Source of the DNA: Anaeromyxobacter sp.
GTDB lineage: Bacteria; Myxococcota; Myxococcia; Myxococcales; Anaeromyxobacteraceae
Reading direction: 5' to 3'
NCBI GenBank assembly: GCA_049840735.1
Contig: JASGJN010000019.1
Span: 18,169 to 82,168 of the forward strand
Length of the DNA stretch: 64,000 nucleotides
The translations under genes and the position numbers were made by a program. The notes beneath the pieces are model-generated. The model saw only the letters and a program-made list of their open reading frames with translations, was not told where the DNA came from and searched no databases. Of this stretch, positions 22,212-31,918 are shown in pieces (within the stretch, counting starts at the first letter, position 1; each line of letters opens with the position of its first letter).

Positions 22212-23336
22212 ATGTCCGTGCACCCGAGAGCCCTGCTGCCCACCCTGCTCCTGGCCGCGCTCTGCGCCGGGCCCGCCGGCGCGCACGCCGCGTCCCCGCG
22301 CACGGCCCAGGCCGCCCCCGCGCCCGCCAAGGCCGCCACGCCGCCCCTGCCCATGCCGGACAAGCTGCAGGAGCAGCTGGATCCGCCCGGCGCCAAGGAG
22401 AACGTCTGGAGCCGGGGCGTGCCCGAGGCCGAGCGGCAGGCAGCGGAGAAGCTGTTCTACGAGGGGAACGGGCTCATGCGGGAGTCCATCACCCACTCGG
22501 CCATCGCCAAGTACCGCGAGGCGATGAAGCACTGGGACCACCCCAACATCCACTACAACATCTCGGTGGCGCTGATGACGCTCGACCAGCCGGTCGAGAC
22601 GTACAAGCACCTGCAGGACGCCACGAAGTACGGCCCCACGCCGCTGGAGCAGGAGCGCTACGAGCACGCGCTCAACTACCTGGCGCTGCTGCGCCAGCAG
22701 CTGGCCCACGTGCGCGTCACCTGCCCGGTGCCCGGGGCGCAGCTGGACGTGGACGGCAACCCGGTGCTGGTGACGCCCGGCACCTACGAGGCGCTGGTCC
22801 GCGCCGGCCAGCACTCCATCGCGGCGCGCAAGGAGGGCTACGTCTCCAACGAGTCCACGCGCGTCCTGGAGGGCGGCAAGCTCACCGAGATCACGCTGGA
22901 GCTCAAGACCGTGGCCGAGCTGACCGAGACGCAGCGCCGCTTCCCGGTCTGGGTGCCCTGGACCATCGCCGGGACCGGCGTGGCGGTGGCGGCGGTGGGC
23001 GGCGTGTTCCACTACTCCGGCAACCAGAAGATCGACGACGCCAACCAGTACGCGATTGACACCTGCCTCGAGCCCGACGGCTGTCCTGCGGGGGAGCCGG
23101 CGCACGCAGCGGATCTGCGCGAGCAGGGCGAGAAGTACCAGAAGGTCGCCGCAGGCGCCTACGTGGTCGGCGGCGTCGCCATCGGCACGGGCATCGTCAT
23201 GGCCCTCTTCAACGGCACCGAGACGCGGGTGCGCGGCTACGACAACCCGGGCGCGCCGGCGAAGGCGCCCAAGGTCGCCATCTCACCGCTGGTCACCCCC
23301 GACGCTCCCGGCCTCTCGGTGGCCTGGCGCTTCTGA
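22212..23336 (+). CDS. secreted TPR-like plus PEGA-domain protein with C-terminal hydrophobic segments
   Basis: The signal peptide is LLPTLLLAALCAGPAGAHA. The PEGA-like block is VRVTCPVPGAQLDVDGNPVLVTPGTYEALVRAGQHSIAARKEGY. The protein ends ...SVAWRF. Confidence 0.55.
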   Translation: MSVHPRALLPTLLLAALCAGPAGAHAASPRTAQAAPAPAKAATPPLPMPDKLQEQLDPPGAKENVWSRGVPEAERQAAEKLFYEGNGLMRESITHSAIAKYREAMKHWDHPNIHYNISVALMTLDQPVETYKHLQDATKYGPTPLEQERYEHALNYLALLRQQLAHVRVTCPVPGAQLDVDGNPVLVTPGTYEALVRAGQHSIAARKEGYVSNESTRVLEGGKLTEITLELKTVAELTETQRRFPVWVPWTIAGTGVAVAAVGGVFHYSGNQKIDDANQYAIDTCLEPDGCPAGEPAHAADLREQGEKYQKVAAGAYVVGGVAIGTGIVMALFNGTETRVRGYDNPGAPAKAPKVAISPLVTPDAPGLSVAWRF

Positions 23337-23350
23337 CCGGAGGACACCCC

Positions 23351-25207
23351 ATGACCCGCAACCGCGCCCTCCGCGTCCCGACGCTGCTGCTCCTCCTCCT
23401 CGCCGTCGCGCTCGGCGGCCTCGCCTGCAGCAAGGGCGAGGGCACCCTGTGCGCCAGCGGGCGGTTCTGTCCGCCAGGCTCGCAGTGCGCCGTGAGCGAC
23501 GACGCCTGCATCTGGGATGGTTGCGGGGACGGCCACGTGGACGACTCGCCCGACCCGGACCCGGCCCGCGCCGGCAAGCCGCTCGAGGTGTGCGACGACG
23601 GCAACCTCCGGAACGGCGACGGCTGCCGCCTGGACTGCAAGTCGGACGAGACCTGCGGAAACGACGAGGACGACCCGGACGTGGGCGAGGTCTGCGACGA
23701 CGACAACAACGACGACGGCGACGGTTGTAGCGCAGACTGCCGGTCGACGGAGGCCTGCGGGAACACGATCCTCGATCCTGGGGAGGTCTGCGACGGAGGA
23801 CCGAGCGGCATCCCGGACGTGGGGATGGAGCGGGCCTGGTGCAACGACGACTGCACCGCGGCCCGCTGCAACGACGGCAAGGTGAACGAGGCGGCCGGAG
23901 AGCAGTGCGACCGGAACGGCGACGGCGTGCCCGGCAGCAGCGGCCAGTCGGCCACCTGCAACGTGAACTGCACGGCGAGCGTGTGCGGGGACGACTTCAT
24001 CAACCCGCAGGCGCTGGAGGAGTGCGACCGCGGGCCTGGGATGAACAGCGACAGCGGCGACTGCCTGACCAGCTGCAAGGTGAACGTCTGCGGAGACGGG
24101 TACCCCAATGACACGCTGGTGGGGGGGCGTCCGCGGGAGGAGTGCGACGCGGGGAGCGGCAACTCGGACACGGGCGCGTGCACGACGGCTTGCAAGAACG
24201 CCGTCTGCGGCGACGGGCACGTGCAGGCGGGGGTGGAGACCTGCGACGAGGGGTCGGGGAGCGTCTCGGAGAAGACGGCGTGCCCGTACGGGCAGACCAC
24301 CTGCACGGTGTGCAGCGCGTGCCAGACGGTGACGCTCACGGGGCCGTACTGCGGGGACGGCACCCAGCAGAACCCGCCCGAGGCCTGCGATCAGGGTACG
24401 AGCAACGGCGCGACCACGTGCGCGTACCACCAGGATCCGTTCACGTGCCAGAACTGCAACGCGGTGTGCACGGCGTACGTGCCGGTGGCGGCGCCGTACT
24501 GCGGGGACGGGAGCACTAACGGTCCGGAGGCGTGCGACGACGGGAACACGGTGAACGAGAGCTCCTGCGCGTACGGCCAGGCCAGCTGCGAGGGTTGCCG
24601 GAGTGACTGCCTGGCCAAGCTCACGTTGCAGGGGGCGTACTGCGGGGACTTCCACGTGGACTCGGGGGACGGGGAGGTCTGCGACAGCAGCCAGTCGTTC
24701 GCGTGCGGGGTGTGCATTCCCGCGGGTCAGACGGGGGCCTGCACGTTCTATGGGAACGGCACGTCCGGGAGTCAGCTCGCGGCGGCTGAAGGCGCGCTAT
24801 TGGTTTCGGGGCTGGGGTTGGTGGGCGTGACCTTCACGCTTGGAGACGACGTAAACACCTCCCCTTGGACATTCGAGTTCGTGGACGGCGGGCCTGCCCA
24901 GCCAGGGAACGTACCGATCAGCATCACGGGTATGGCGAACACGGGAGACGTGGCAGGCGCCATCCTTGCGGCGCTCCCCGCGACGCTGCGGATTGACGCG
25001 ACCGTGAGCGGGAGCGAGGTGAGGCTGGTGAACCGGGTGACGGGGATCGTTGGCAACCTGCCGATCGAGATCGCGCCGGCAGGGACGACAGCGTTGACGG
25101 GTACGGGGATGGGCGGCGGCCGGGGCTGTGGGGCCGGTCAGGCGTGCTCGCGTGATCGGGACTGCGTGAGCTTGAACTGCCGCCCGAGCCATACCTGCGG
25201 CACGTGA
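23351..25207 (+). CDS. lipoprotein with multiple myxococcal cysteine-rich repeats (DUF4215/TIGR02232-type)
   Basis: The lipobox is LGGLACS. Repeated CGDG...E.CDDGN...GDGC...C units run through most of the 618 aa. Confidence 0.75.
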   Translation: MTRNRALRVPTLLLLLLAVALGGLACSKGEGTLCASGRFCPPGSQCAVSDDACIWDGCGDGHVDDSPDPDPARAGKPLEVCDDGNLRNGDGCRLDCKSDETCGNDEDDPDVGEVCDDDNNDDGDGCSADCRSTEACGNTILDPGEVCDGGPSGIPDVGMERAWCNDDCTAARCNDGKVNEAAGEQCDRNGDGVPGSSGQSATCNVNCTASVCGDDFINPQALEECDRGPGMNSDSGDCLTSCKVNVCGDGYPNDTLVGGRPREECDAGSGNSDTGACTTACKNAVCGDGHVQAGVETCDEGSGSVSEKTACPYGQTTCTVCSACQTVTLTGPYCGDGTQQNPPEACDQGTSNGATTCAYHQDPFTCQNCNAVCTAYVPVAAPYCGDGSTNGPEACDDGNTVNESSCAYGQASCEGCRSDCLAKLTLQGAYCGDFHVDSGDGEVCDSSQSFACGVCIPAGQTGACTFYGNGTSGSQLAAAEGALLVSGLGLVGVTFTLGDDVNTSPWTFEFVDGGPAQPGNVPISITGMANTGDVAGAILAALPATLRIDATVSGSEVRLVNRVTGIVGNLPIEIAPAGTTALTGTGMGGGRGCGAGQACSRDRDCVSLNCRPSHTCGT

Positions 25208-25224
25208 CGTGCCGGTAATCGAAA

Positions 25225-26376
25225 ATGGGAGGTCCAGACATGTCGAGCAGGCAGATCGGGACGGCGGCGGTGATCGGCCTCATGGGGGTGTGGGCCGCGT
25301 GCACCAGCGACGGAGGGGGTGCGAGCCCGACCGTGCTGGTGAGCGGCGGGCATCGCCAGAGCTGCGCGGTGATCGAAGGGCGTGCGTCCTGCTGGGGCAG
25401 GAACGATTACGGGGCTCTGGGTGACGGAACCCACACCAGCCGGAGCATGGCGGCCGGCGTGCTCGGGTTGGATGCCGGCGTGACGCGCATCGGCACGGGC
25501 GGGGACCATGCGTGCGCCGTGCAGGGAGGCGCACTCTTGTGCTGGGGCTCAAACGTCGACGGGCAACTCGGCACCGGCGCGGATACGGAGAGCGTGAGCA
25601 CGCCTGCAGCGGTCGCAGGAATCGGTGAGGTGCAGTCCCTGGCGCTCGGGTGGGACCACACCTGCGTCGTGGATGCGGCCGCCGGGAAGTGCTGGGGCAA
25701 CAACCATGGTGGTCAGCTCGGCATCAGTGGGGTGGGGTTGAGCCGTAGTCCGGTGACCGTCCCCGGGCTGGAAGCCGGGGTGACCGCGATCACGGCGGGA
25801 TATCGCCACAGCTGTGCCGTGGTGAACGGGGCGGCGAAGTGCTGGGGCCTGAACGATCACGGACAGCTCGGAAACGGAAACACCACCAACAGCACCACTC
25901 CTGTCCAGGTCGAAGGGCTCACGAGCGGGGTGACGGCCATCGCTGCAGGCTACGCCCATAGCTGCGCCGTCGTGAGCGGAGCAGTGAAGTGCTGGGGTTG
26001 GAACGGTGAGGGCGGGCTGGGCGATGGGACGCTCACCGAGCGCAGTGCGCCAGTGCAGACGCTGGGGCTGACGAACGGCGTGACGGCAGTAGCCGCAATG
26101 GCAGGCAGCGGGTGTGCGCTGGTGGGTGGAGCCGTGAAGTGTTGGGGCGACAACGAGGACGGATCGGTTGGGGATGGGACGAACGTGAACCGGGTCGAGC
26201 CTGTGCAGGTGGAGGGGCTGGAGAGCGGTGTCAAGGCACTCGCGGCTTACGGCTACACTGCGTGCGCGAACGCATCGGATGTGGTGAAGTGCTGGGGCCT
26301 GAACCAGTTCGGCCAGGTCGGGGACGGCAGCGCGACCAGAAGCCTGAACGCACCCGTTCCCGTCACTGGCTTGTAG
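25225..26376 (+). CDS. RCC1-repeat (beta-propeller) lipoprotein
   Basis: The lipobox is VWAACTS. About seven repeats of H.CAV..G...CWG.N..GQLG.G follow. Confidence 0.8.
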   Translation: MGGPDMSSRQIGTAAVIGLMGVWAACTSDGGGASPTVLVSGGHRQSCAVIEGRASCWGRNDYGALGDGTHTSRSMAAGVLGLDAGVTRIGTGGDHACAVQGGALLCWGSNVDGQLGTGADTESVSTPAAVAGIGEVQSLALGWDHTCVVDAAAGKCWGNNHGGQLGISGVGLSRSPVTVPGLEAGVTAITAGYRHSCAVVNGAAKCWGLNDHGQLGNGNTTNSTTPVQVEGLTSGVTAIAAGYAHSCAVVSGAVKCWGWNGEGGLGDGTLTERSAPVQTLGLTNGVTAVAAMAGSGCALVGGAVKCWGDNEDGSVGDGTNVNRVEPVQVEGLESGVKALAAYGYTACANASDVVKCWGLNQFGQVGDGSATRSLNAPVPVTGL

Positions 26377-26414
26377 GCGGACGCGAGCCATGGAGTCGAT
26401 GGCCGGGTGATCGG

Positions 26415-27506
26415 ATGAGCACGCTCGCGATCCGAGCCATCGGGCTCTCGACCCCGCTCGGCGGCGGGGTGCAGGCGTGCGCCGCGGCCCGTGCCGGGAT
26501 CTCTCGGCCTGGCCCGGCGCCTGACGTGACCGTCATGTTCCCGGGGGACGAGGAGCCGCAGCCGGTCACGGTGCACGCCCACCCGACGGCGACGCAGGGG
26601 TTCACGGGGGCGGGCCGGCTCATCGCGCTGCTGCAGGAGGCGTTGATCGACCTGGTGTACTCGGTGCCCGCGACGACGTGGGCGAGCCGCACGCGGCTGT
26701 TCCTCGCCCTGCCCGATCCGCTCTGGCGCGAGCCGGAGACGCTGGACGAGGGCGAGCGTGAGCTGCCGGCCGAGGAGCGGATCGCTGCGCTCGGGCAGAA
26801 GGTGGTGAAGGGCGTGTGCGCGGCGACCGGGCTGCCGCTCCAGCAGCTCACGCCTTCGTTCCACGGCGGGGACGAGCTGGCCTTCTCGCACGCGCTGGTC
26901 GCCGCAGCGCGCGCCCTGGAGGCCCGGCAGCTCGAGACCGCCCTGGTCTGCGCCGCGGACAGCCTGGTCGGCGCAGACACGCTCGAGCTGTTCGCCGCAG
27001 AGGGGCGGCTCAAGCACGGCGACCAGCCGGTCGGGTTCACTCCCGGCGAGGCGGCCGGCGCGGTGCTCCTGACGGCGCCGGCTCGCGGCCAGGCGTCGTT
27101 CACGGTCGCGCCGCCCGCCATCGCTGTGGACGCGTGGCGCTGGGGTGCCGAGGCCCCCTCCGATGGCCGGAAGCTGGCGGGTTGCTTGGTGAGCGCGGCA
27201 GCCGCGGTCCCACCGAACATGCCGCTCGCGTTGGTCTCGGATTGCGACGGGGAGACCCACCGGGCGCGCGAGCTCGGGCTGGCGCGGGTCCACCTGAAGC
27301 GGCGCCACCCTGGGCTGGCGGAGTCCGAGGTCAGATACCCGGCGCTAGCCTTCGCGCGGACCGGCGTGGCCTCCGGGCTGCTCGGCCTGGCGGCTGCGCG
27401 GCATGCGCTCTGGCGCGAGAAGTCGGCGCCGCGCCACTTCATCGTGGCGAGCAGTGCCGACGACGGGAAGCGGAGCGCCTTCCTGGTGACGAGGACGACG
27501 GCATGA
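26415..27506 (+). CDS. beta-ketoacyl-synthase/thiolase-like protein lacking the catalytic triad (copy 2)
   Basis: 363 aa. It carries IRAIGLSTPLGGGVQACAAARAGIS, LVCAADSLV and GFTPGEAAGAVLL. GGDELAF lies at the Cys site, SDCDGET at the first His motif and FARTGVASG at the second. Confidence 0.7.
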   Translation: MSTLAIRAIGLSTPLGGGVQACAAARAGISRPGPAPDVTVMFPGDEEPQPVTVHAHPTATQGFTGAGRLIALLQEALIDLVYSVPATTWASRTRLFLALPDPLWREPETLDEGERELPAEERIAALGQKVVKGVCAATGLPLQQLTPSFHGGDELAFSHALVAAARALEARQLETALVCAADSLVGADTLELFAAEGRLKHGDQPVGFTPGEAAGAVLLTAPARGQASFTVAPPAIAVDAWRWGAEAPSDGRKLAGCLVSAAAAVPPNMPLALVSDCDGETHRARELGLARVHLKRRHPGLAESEVRYPALAFARTGVASGLLGLAAARHALWREKSAPRHFIVASSADDGKRSAFLVTRTTA

Positions 27507-28411
27507 AGGCCTCCCTTCCCTCCCAGCTCAGGACGCCGGCCCAGATGAACACGGAGTTGGCGCGCCAGCTCAAGGGTGTCCTGACGCTCACGCTGGAGCA
27601 GAACCGGTGGACGCTCCGGGAGCTGGTGCAGAAGCTCCAGGCGCTGCCTTACCCGCCGCCGGAGACGGAGCCCGAGCCGGAGCGGGCGGGCACCGCCAAG
27701 GAGACCCCAGGAGGACACGTCTCCTCCGCCGGGTTCGCCACGGCGGTGCTGGCGAAGGATGCGAGCAAGTACGCGCGGCGCGGGGTCCGGTACATCAAGG
27801 AGCAGATCGGCCGCGGGGTGTACCAGAAGTTCGATCACCTCGACACGATTCGTTCGATCCCGAAGGAGATCATCGAGGACGTCAAGAAGGCGGCGAAGTT
27901 CCCCGGCGGCCCGAAGCACAACTTCAACCTGCGCTTCGGGATGAGCTACCCGTACACCTGGCGGGCGCATCACATCCTGCCGGGGTCGGCGTTCTACTAC
28001 GAACGGAAGAGGGGCCCCTGCTTCAAGCCCGAGCACTTCGCGATCCTGCTGCAGACCGACTACAACGTGAACGGGGGCCACAATATCATCCTGCTGCCGT
28101 TCGAGAATTGGGCCGTGCTCGTGCACGCGCTCGTCCAGCACCCGAGCGATCACCCGACCTACACGCAGGCGGTGATGGAGAGGCTGGCGGAGGTCGCAAG
28201 GAAGATCGACGCTCTCATGAAGGCGAAGAAGCACGATCAGGCAAAGGAGGACTTCCGGAGGGAACTGCTCGAGGCGGAGAGCGACTTCTGGGACCTTCTC
28301 GTCCGGCTCGGGAAGAAGGTGACGGCCGGGCTCATCAGCGGACGGCAGTATCAATCCGATTTCGTGAAGTACGCGACCCAGGGTGGAGAAAGGCAGTCCG
28401 CGCTGAAGTAG
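27503..28411 (+). CDS. AHH-family nuclease toxin, copy 2
   Basis: An ATGA overlap with the upstream gene lies at 27503-27506. Motifs are WRAHHILP, DYNVNGGHNIILLP and HPSDHPTYT. The ~160-aa N-terminal region is unrelated to copy 1. Confidence 0.7.
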   Translation: MKASLPSQLRTPAQMNTELARQLKGVLTLTLEQNRWTLRELVQKLQALPYPPPETEPEPERAGTAKETPGGHVSSAGFATAVLAKDASKYARRGVRYIKEQIGRGVYQKFDHLDTIRSIPKEIIEDVKKAAKFPGGPKHNFNLRFGMSYPYTWRAHHILPGSAFYYERKRGPCFKPEHFAILLQTDYNVNGGHNIILLPFENWAVLVHALVQHPSDHPTYTQAVMERLAEVARKIDALMKAKKHDQAKEDFRRELLEAESDFWDLLVRLGKKVTAGLISGRQYQSDFVKYATQGGERQSALK

Positions 28412-28427
28412 GCGTTGGCTGAACGGT

Positions 28428-29012
28428 ATGAACTACTGGATCATTGCGAGGGATGCACCGGAGGGAGGTCTCATCGACTCCTACCCCGCGGACGGGCCGG
28501 AGGACTTCCTGTGGGATCGCGGAGAGCCGCTCGCGGCAGCCTATCCCCCGAATGCGTGCGTGCAGTTCTCAGACAACTTCCCTGACGCACGACAGCTGGA
28601 GGACTTCCAGCCCAACATCCTGAACGCGCTCATCGTGTCTCCGAAGGCGCAGGAGGTGCTCCAGGGGCTGGAGCTGAAGAACGTCGAGTACCTCCCGGTG
28701 GCGATCCGGGACCATCGGGACGAGGTGATCGCCTCCGACTACGCCTTCGTGAACGTGCTCGGAAGCCAGCCCGCGATCGACATGGAGAGGTCGGTCTACC
28801 GGATGGGCTCGCTCGACAAGACGCAGATAACCCGAATCAAGAACCTCGTGCTCCAGCCTCAGGCCATCGCCCCGGACGCGAAGCTCTTGCGCTGCACCAC
28901 GTACATGACGCTCTTCCTGATCCGCGACGACGTGCGCGAGGCGTTCGAGCGCGCGCAGCTCACCGGCTACCAGCTCATCCAGCCGGACGGCTGGGACGGC
29001 CTCATCATCTGA
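28428..29012 (+). CDS. Imm11 (DUF1629)-family immunity protein, copy 2
   Basis: Intact 194 aa with NFPDARQLEDFQPNILNALIVSPKAQEVLQGLELKNVEYLPV...LTGYQLIQ. Confidence 0.7.
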   Translation: MNYWIIARDAPEGGLIDSYPADGPEDFLWDRGEPLAAAYPPNACVQFSDNFPDARQLEDFQPNILNALIVSPKAQEVLQGLELKNVEYLPVAIRDHRDEVIASDYAFVNVLGSQPAIDMERSVYRMGSLDKTQITRIKNLVLQPQAIAPDAKLLRCTTYMTLFLIRDDVREAFERAQLTGYQLIQPDGWDGLII

Positions 29013-29015
29013 CCC

Positions 29016-29800
29016 ATGGACTTCGACCTCCGGCAGCTGCGGGCAGACGCGATCGACCGGATCCCCACCTCCTGCGCGAGTTCCGCCCCGATGCGCCGCG
29101 GAAGGAGCTGGTGAAGCTGGTGGGGGACCTCGTCCACGGGTTCCACATCCTGGCGGCCGCGGGCCTCGTGGTGGACGGCAGCACGGAGAAGTTCTTCCTG
29201 AACCTGGCGCGGTGCGCGGAGAACGGGCTGCGGCTGCGCAGGCTCCTCGTCGGGCGCGGGGAGGTGCCGCCGCCCGCGTCAGATGACGTGCCGCTCAAGG
29301 CCGCCGTGGCCGCCGCGGACTGGGGCCGGGCCGCGGCCATCGTGGAGCACTCGGCGAAGCAGCGGGACCTGGCGGTCCAGGAGTACGAGGACGAGTTCCT
29401 TTGGGCCCGGGTGCTGCAGCTGCTGACGGTCCCCGGCCCGGACGCCGCCGAGCTCGATGCGGCGCTGGCGCGGCTGGAGGAGCTCGACGCCGCGAGCTAC
29501 GGCGACCGGGTGGCGGTGGCCCGGGCCATCTTCGCCAAGGACCAAGAGGCGCTGGAGCAGGCGGTGGTCGGAGCGTCCCAGGTGTACGCGCTCGCGACCG
29601 AGAAGAAGGCTGCGGCCTTCGGGACCCCGGTCACCAAGTTCGCGCCGCACCGGCACCTCTGGCTGGAGGGGCTGGCCCTGCTCCGGCTCGGGGAGCGGGT
29701 CGGGCCTCAGGTCCGCCAGCAGCTGCGGTACTGCCCGCGGCTGGCGCGGGGGGAGAACACGACCCAGTACGCGGGTGACTACGCCATCCCGGTGGCGTGA
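29016..29800 (+). CDS. all-helical putative immunity protein (Imm49-like), paralogue 3, frameshift at a C-run near 29063
   Basis: The sequence from ATG 29016 reads MDFDLRQLRADAIDRI, then continues in ORF 29111-29800. It carries QEYEDEFLWARVL and HLWLEGLALLRL. Confidence 0.5.
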
Positions 29801-30144
29801 GGGTCGTGGACGCGCCGGAGCAGGGGAACGCGACGAGGTTCCGGCGGCGGCTGGTGATCCTGCAGGCGCCGTGGAACATCAACCGGAAGCAGAACGTGGT
29901 GCTCTTGCCGAGCGAGGAGGCGGTGGCCGCGATCGCGGCCTTGCCGGCGCACTGTCCGTGGGATACGGCGTCGCATCCGCAGTACTCGGATGCGCTCGAG
30001 AGAGAACTGGCTGATGTCAGTCGCGCGCTCGACGAAGCCGCCGATCAAGGCGTACACGACAAGGTGAATGCCGTGAGAGCCGCTCTCGAGAGAACCGAAA
30101 CCCGCCTGCTCGCGCGCATCACGCGGATGCGAGGCGCACTGTGA
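29797..30144 (+). pseudogene. orphan 3' remnant of an AHH toxin gene (AHH motif missing)
   Basis: WNINRKQNVVLLPSEE...HCPWDTASHPQYSD keeps the N..N..LLP and H...H..Y parts of the AHH core. It lacks the upstream AHH and starts at the stop of the preceding gene. Confidence 0.55.
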
Positions 30145-30158
30145 GCCAAGGAGGCGTG

Positions 30159-30743
30159 ATGGCAGACCCCAGCTTCTACCTCAGATCACCTGAGGCGAGA
30201 CCCGAAATGGGGTCTGGTGCAGTCCTGCCGGGGGTCAGCCGGACCTATGACCTCGCCAAAGGGGTGCGGATGGGGAGCAACTTCCCTCCGACCGTCGTGT
30301 TCGAGATAGCCAAGCGGTCCGGCGATGTGTTGACGGACTTCCTGCCCAACACGAATCGGGTGATCATGGCCTCGGAGCGCGTGGCGGAGTTCCTCCGCGC
30401 CGAACTCCCCGCCTCGGATGAAATCGAGTTCTTGCCGTTTGGACTCAAGAACAAGAAGGGCCGCCTCGTCCAGACGCCCAGGTACTGCTTGGTGAACCCG
30501 CTGCGCAAGGTGGAGTGCCTGGATCGCAAGCGCTCGAAGTACGCTGCCGCGGATACGGGCGAGCTCGTCATGATGGACGAGCTGCACCTCGCGGAGGACC
30601 GCATCCCGCCCGACACGAAGCTCTTCCGGCTGGCGGAGCTGCCCACCTGCATCCTGTACCGAGCCGACCTGGTCGAGAAGATCCGCGCGGCGGGGTTCAC
30701 GGGCTTCACGGTGGCGGCCCCCGGCGACAATCTCACGCTCTGA
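30159..30743 (+). CDS. Imm11 (DUF1629)-family immunity protein, copy 3
   Basis: ATG at 30159 with an AAGGAGG RBS 5 nt upstream. The sequence reads DVLTDFLPNTNRVIMASERVAEFLRAELPASDEIEFLPF...FTGFTV. Confidence 0.7.
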   Translation: MADPSFYLRSPEARPEMGSGAVLPGVSRTYDLAKGVRMGSNFPPTVVFEIAKRSGDVLTDFLPNTNRVIMASERVAEFLRAELPASDEIEFLPFGLKNKKGRLVQTPRYCLVNPLRKVECLDRKRSKYAAADTGELVMMDELHLAEDRIPPDTKLFRLAELPTCILYRADLVEKIRAAGFTGFTVAAPGDNLTL

Positions 30744-30767
30744 CCCTGGAGTGGACTTGGAGGCGCC

Positions 30768-31531
30768 ATGAGCCACAGCTCCCTCGCGACGGCGATCGTC
30801 AACATCGAGTACCTGCTCGAGGAGCGGCTGAACGAGGCCAGGCCGGGAGCCCCCGACGCGGCGGCCTGGTTGGAGATCGCCACGCACTTCCGGCGCCTCG
30901 CCTGCGGTGCGATCTTCATGGACCTCGACGCCGATGAGGCTGTCGATCACCTGTACCGCAGTGGCAAGGTCTACCTGGCAGCTGCTCGAGGCGCGCGAGC
31001 GGGCGCCGGTGGATCCCGTACTACCTGACCACCAACTTCGCGGCGCCGTTCCTGGACGCGCTGGCAGCGGGCGCCTGGGACCTGGCCGAGCGGATCGCGC
31101 GGGCCATGCCGACGCAGTGTGATCCAGGGCAGGGCGAGTACCTGGAGGACTTCAGCTACTTCGCCATCCTCCGCTCGCTGCTGCTGTCGCCGGCCGACGA
31201 GGAGGGCCGAGCCAAGTCGCTGGTGGACTTCGAGCAGGCGCTGCAGGGCGGGGAGTCGGCGCGGTTCGAGGTCGCGAAGGCGCTGTGCGCAAAGGATGAG
31301 GCGCAGCTGGCCCGGGCGCTGGCCGGCCGGCAGCAGGCGTGGAAGGAGGCGGCAGCGGAGAGCCGGGATCCATACGACCGGGAGACGACCGGGAAGCTCT
31401 TCCTCGAAGGGGTGGCGATGTGCCGGCTGGCGGGCCGGCTGGGGTTGAAGGTGCCGGCCAGGATTCCGTCGGTCCCCCGTGAACTGCTCCGAGCCCAGCA
31501 CGAGACCTTCCCCGAGGAGTTCGAGATCTGA
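30768..31531 (+). CDS. all-helical putative immunity protein (Imm49-like), paralogue 4, two apparent frameshifts (~30978, ~31012)
   Basis: GEYLEDFSYFAILRSL, ALQGGESARFEVAKALC and LFLEGVAMCRL are split over ORFs 30768-31028, 30907-31122 and 31106-31531. Confidence 0.5.
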
Positions 31532-31618
31532 CGCCAGCAGCTCCGGTACCGCCCGAGGCTGGCGCGGGGGGAGAACAGGACGCAGTACACGGGAGATCAC
31601 GCCATCCCGGTGGCGTGA
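31532..31618 (+). pseudogene. remnant of the 3' end of an Imm49-like gene (paralogue-3 type)
   Basis: The nucleotide stretch cagcagctccggtaccgcccgaggctggcgcggggggagaac...atcccggtggcgtga parallels 29711-29800 (QQLRYCPRLARGENTTQYAGDYAIPVA*). Confidence 0.55.
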
Positions 31619-31639
31619 GGAGCGGGCCGCGGGTTCCCT

Positions 31640-31765
31640 ATCCTGCTGCCGTTCGAGAACTGGGCGGTGCTAGTGCATGCGCTGATCCAGCACCCCAGCG
31701 ATCACCCGACGTACACGCAGGCGGTGATGAAGCGGCTGGGGGAGATCGCGGACGAGATCGACGGT
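31640..31765 (+). pseudogene. remnant of an AHH toxin gene (toxin-2 type, from the LLP motif onward)
   Basis: ILLPFENWAVLVHALIQHPSDHPTYTQAVMKRLGEIADEID closely parallels 28090-28215 of toxin 2 at the nucleotide level. No AHH motif or start codon is present. Confidence 0.6.
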
Positions 31766-31900
31766 CGCGCGTACAGGCCTGCCCAGGTCCGCAGCCGCGG
31801 CCGCCGCCCATTCCCGTCGCGGTCAGCGCCGTGGTCTCTGCCGGCAGGATCTCGATGGGCAGGTTGCCCACGATCCCGCTCGAGTGGTTCCGGAGCCACA
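31765..31900 (-). pseudogene. inverted remnant of the 3' end of a Cys-rich-repeat lipoprotein gene
   Basis: The minus strand reads VGNLPIEILPAETTALTATGMGGGRGCGPGQAC. This parallels GNLPIEIAPAGTTALTGTGMGGGRGCGAGQAC at 25050-25160 on the plus strand. Confidence 0.6.
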
Positions 31901-31918
31901 GGTCAGGAGGGGAGGGTC

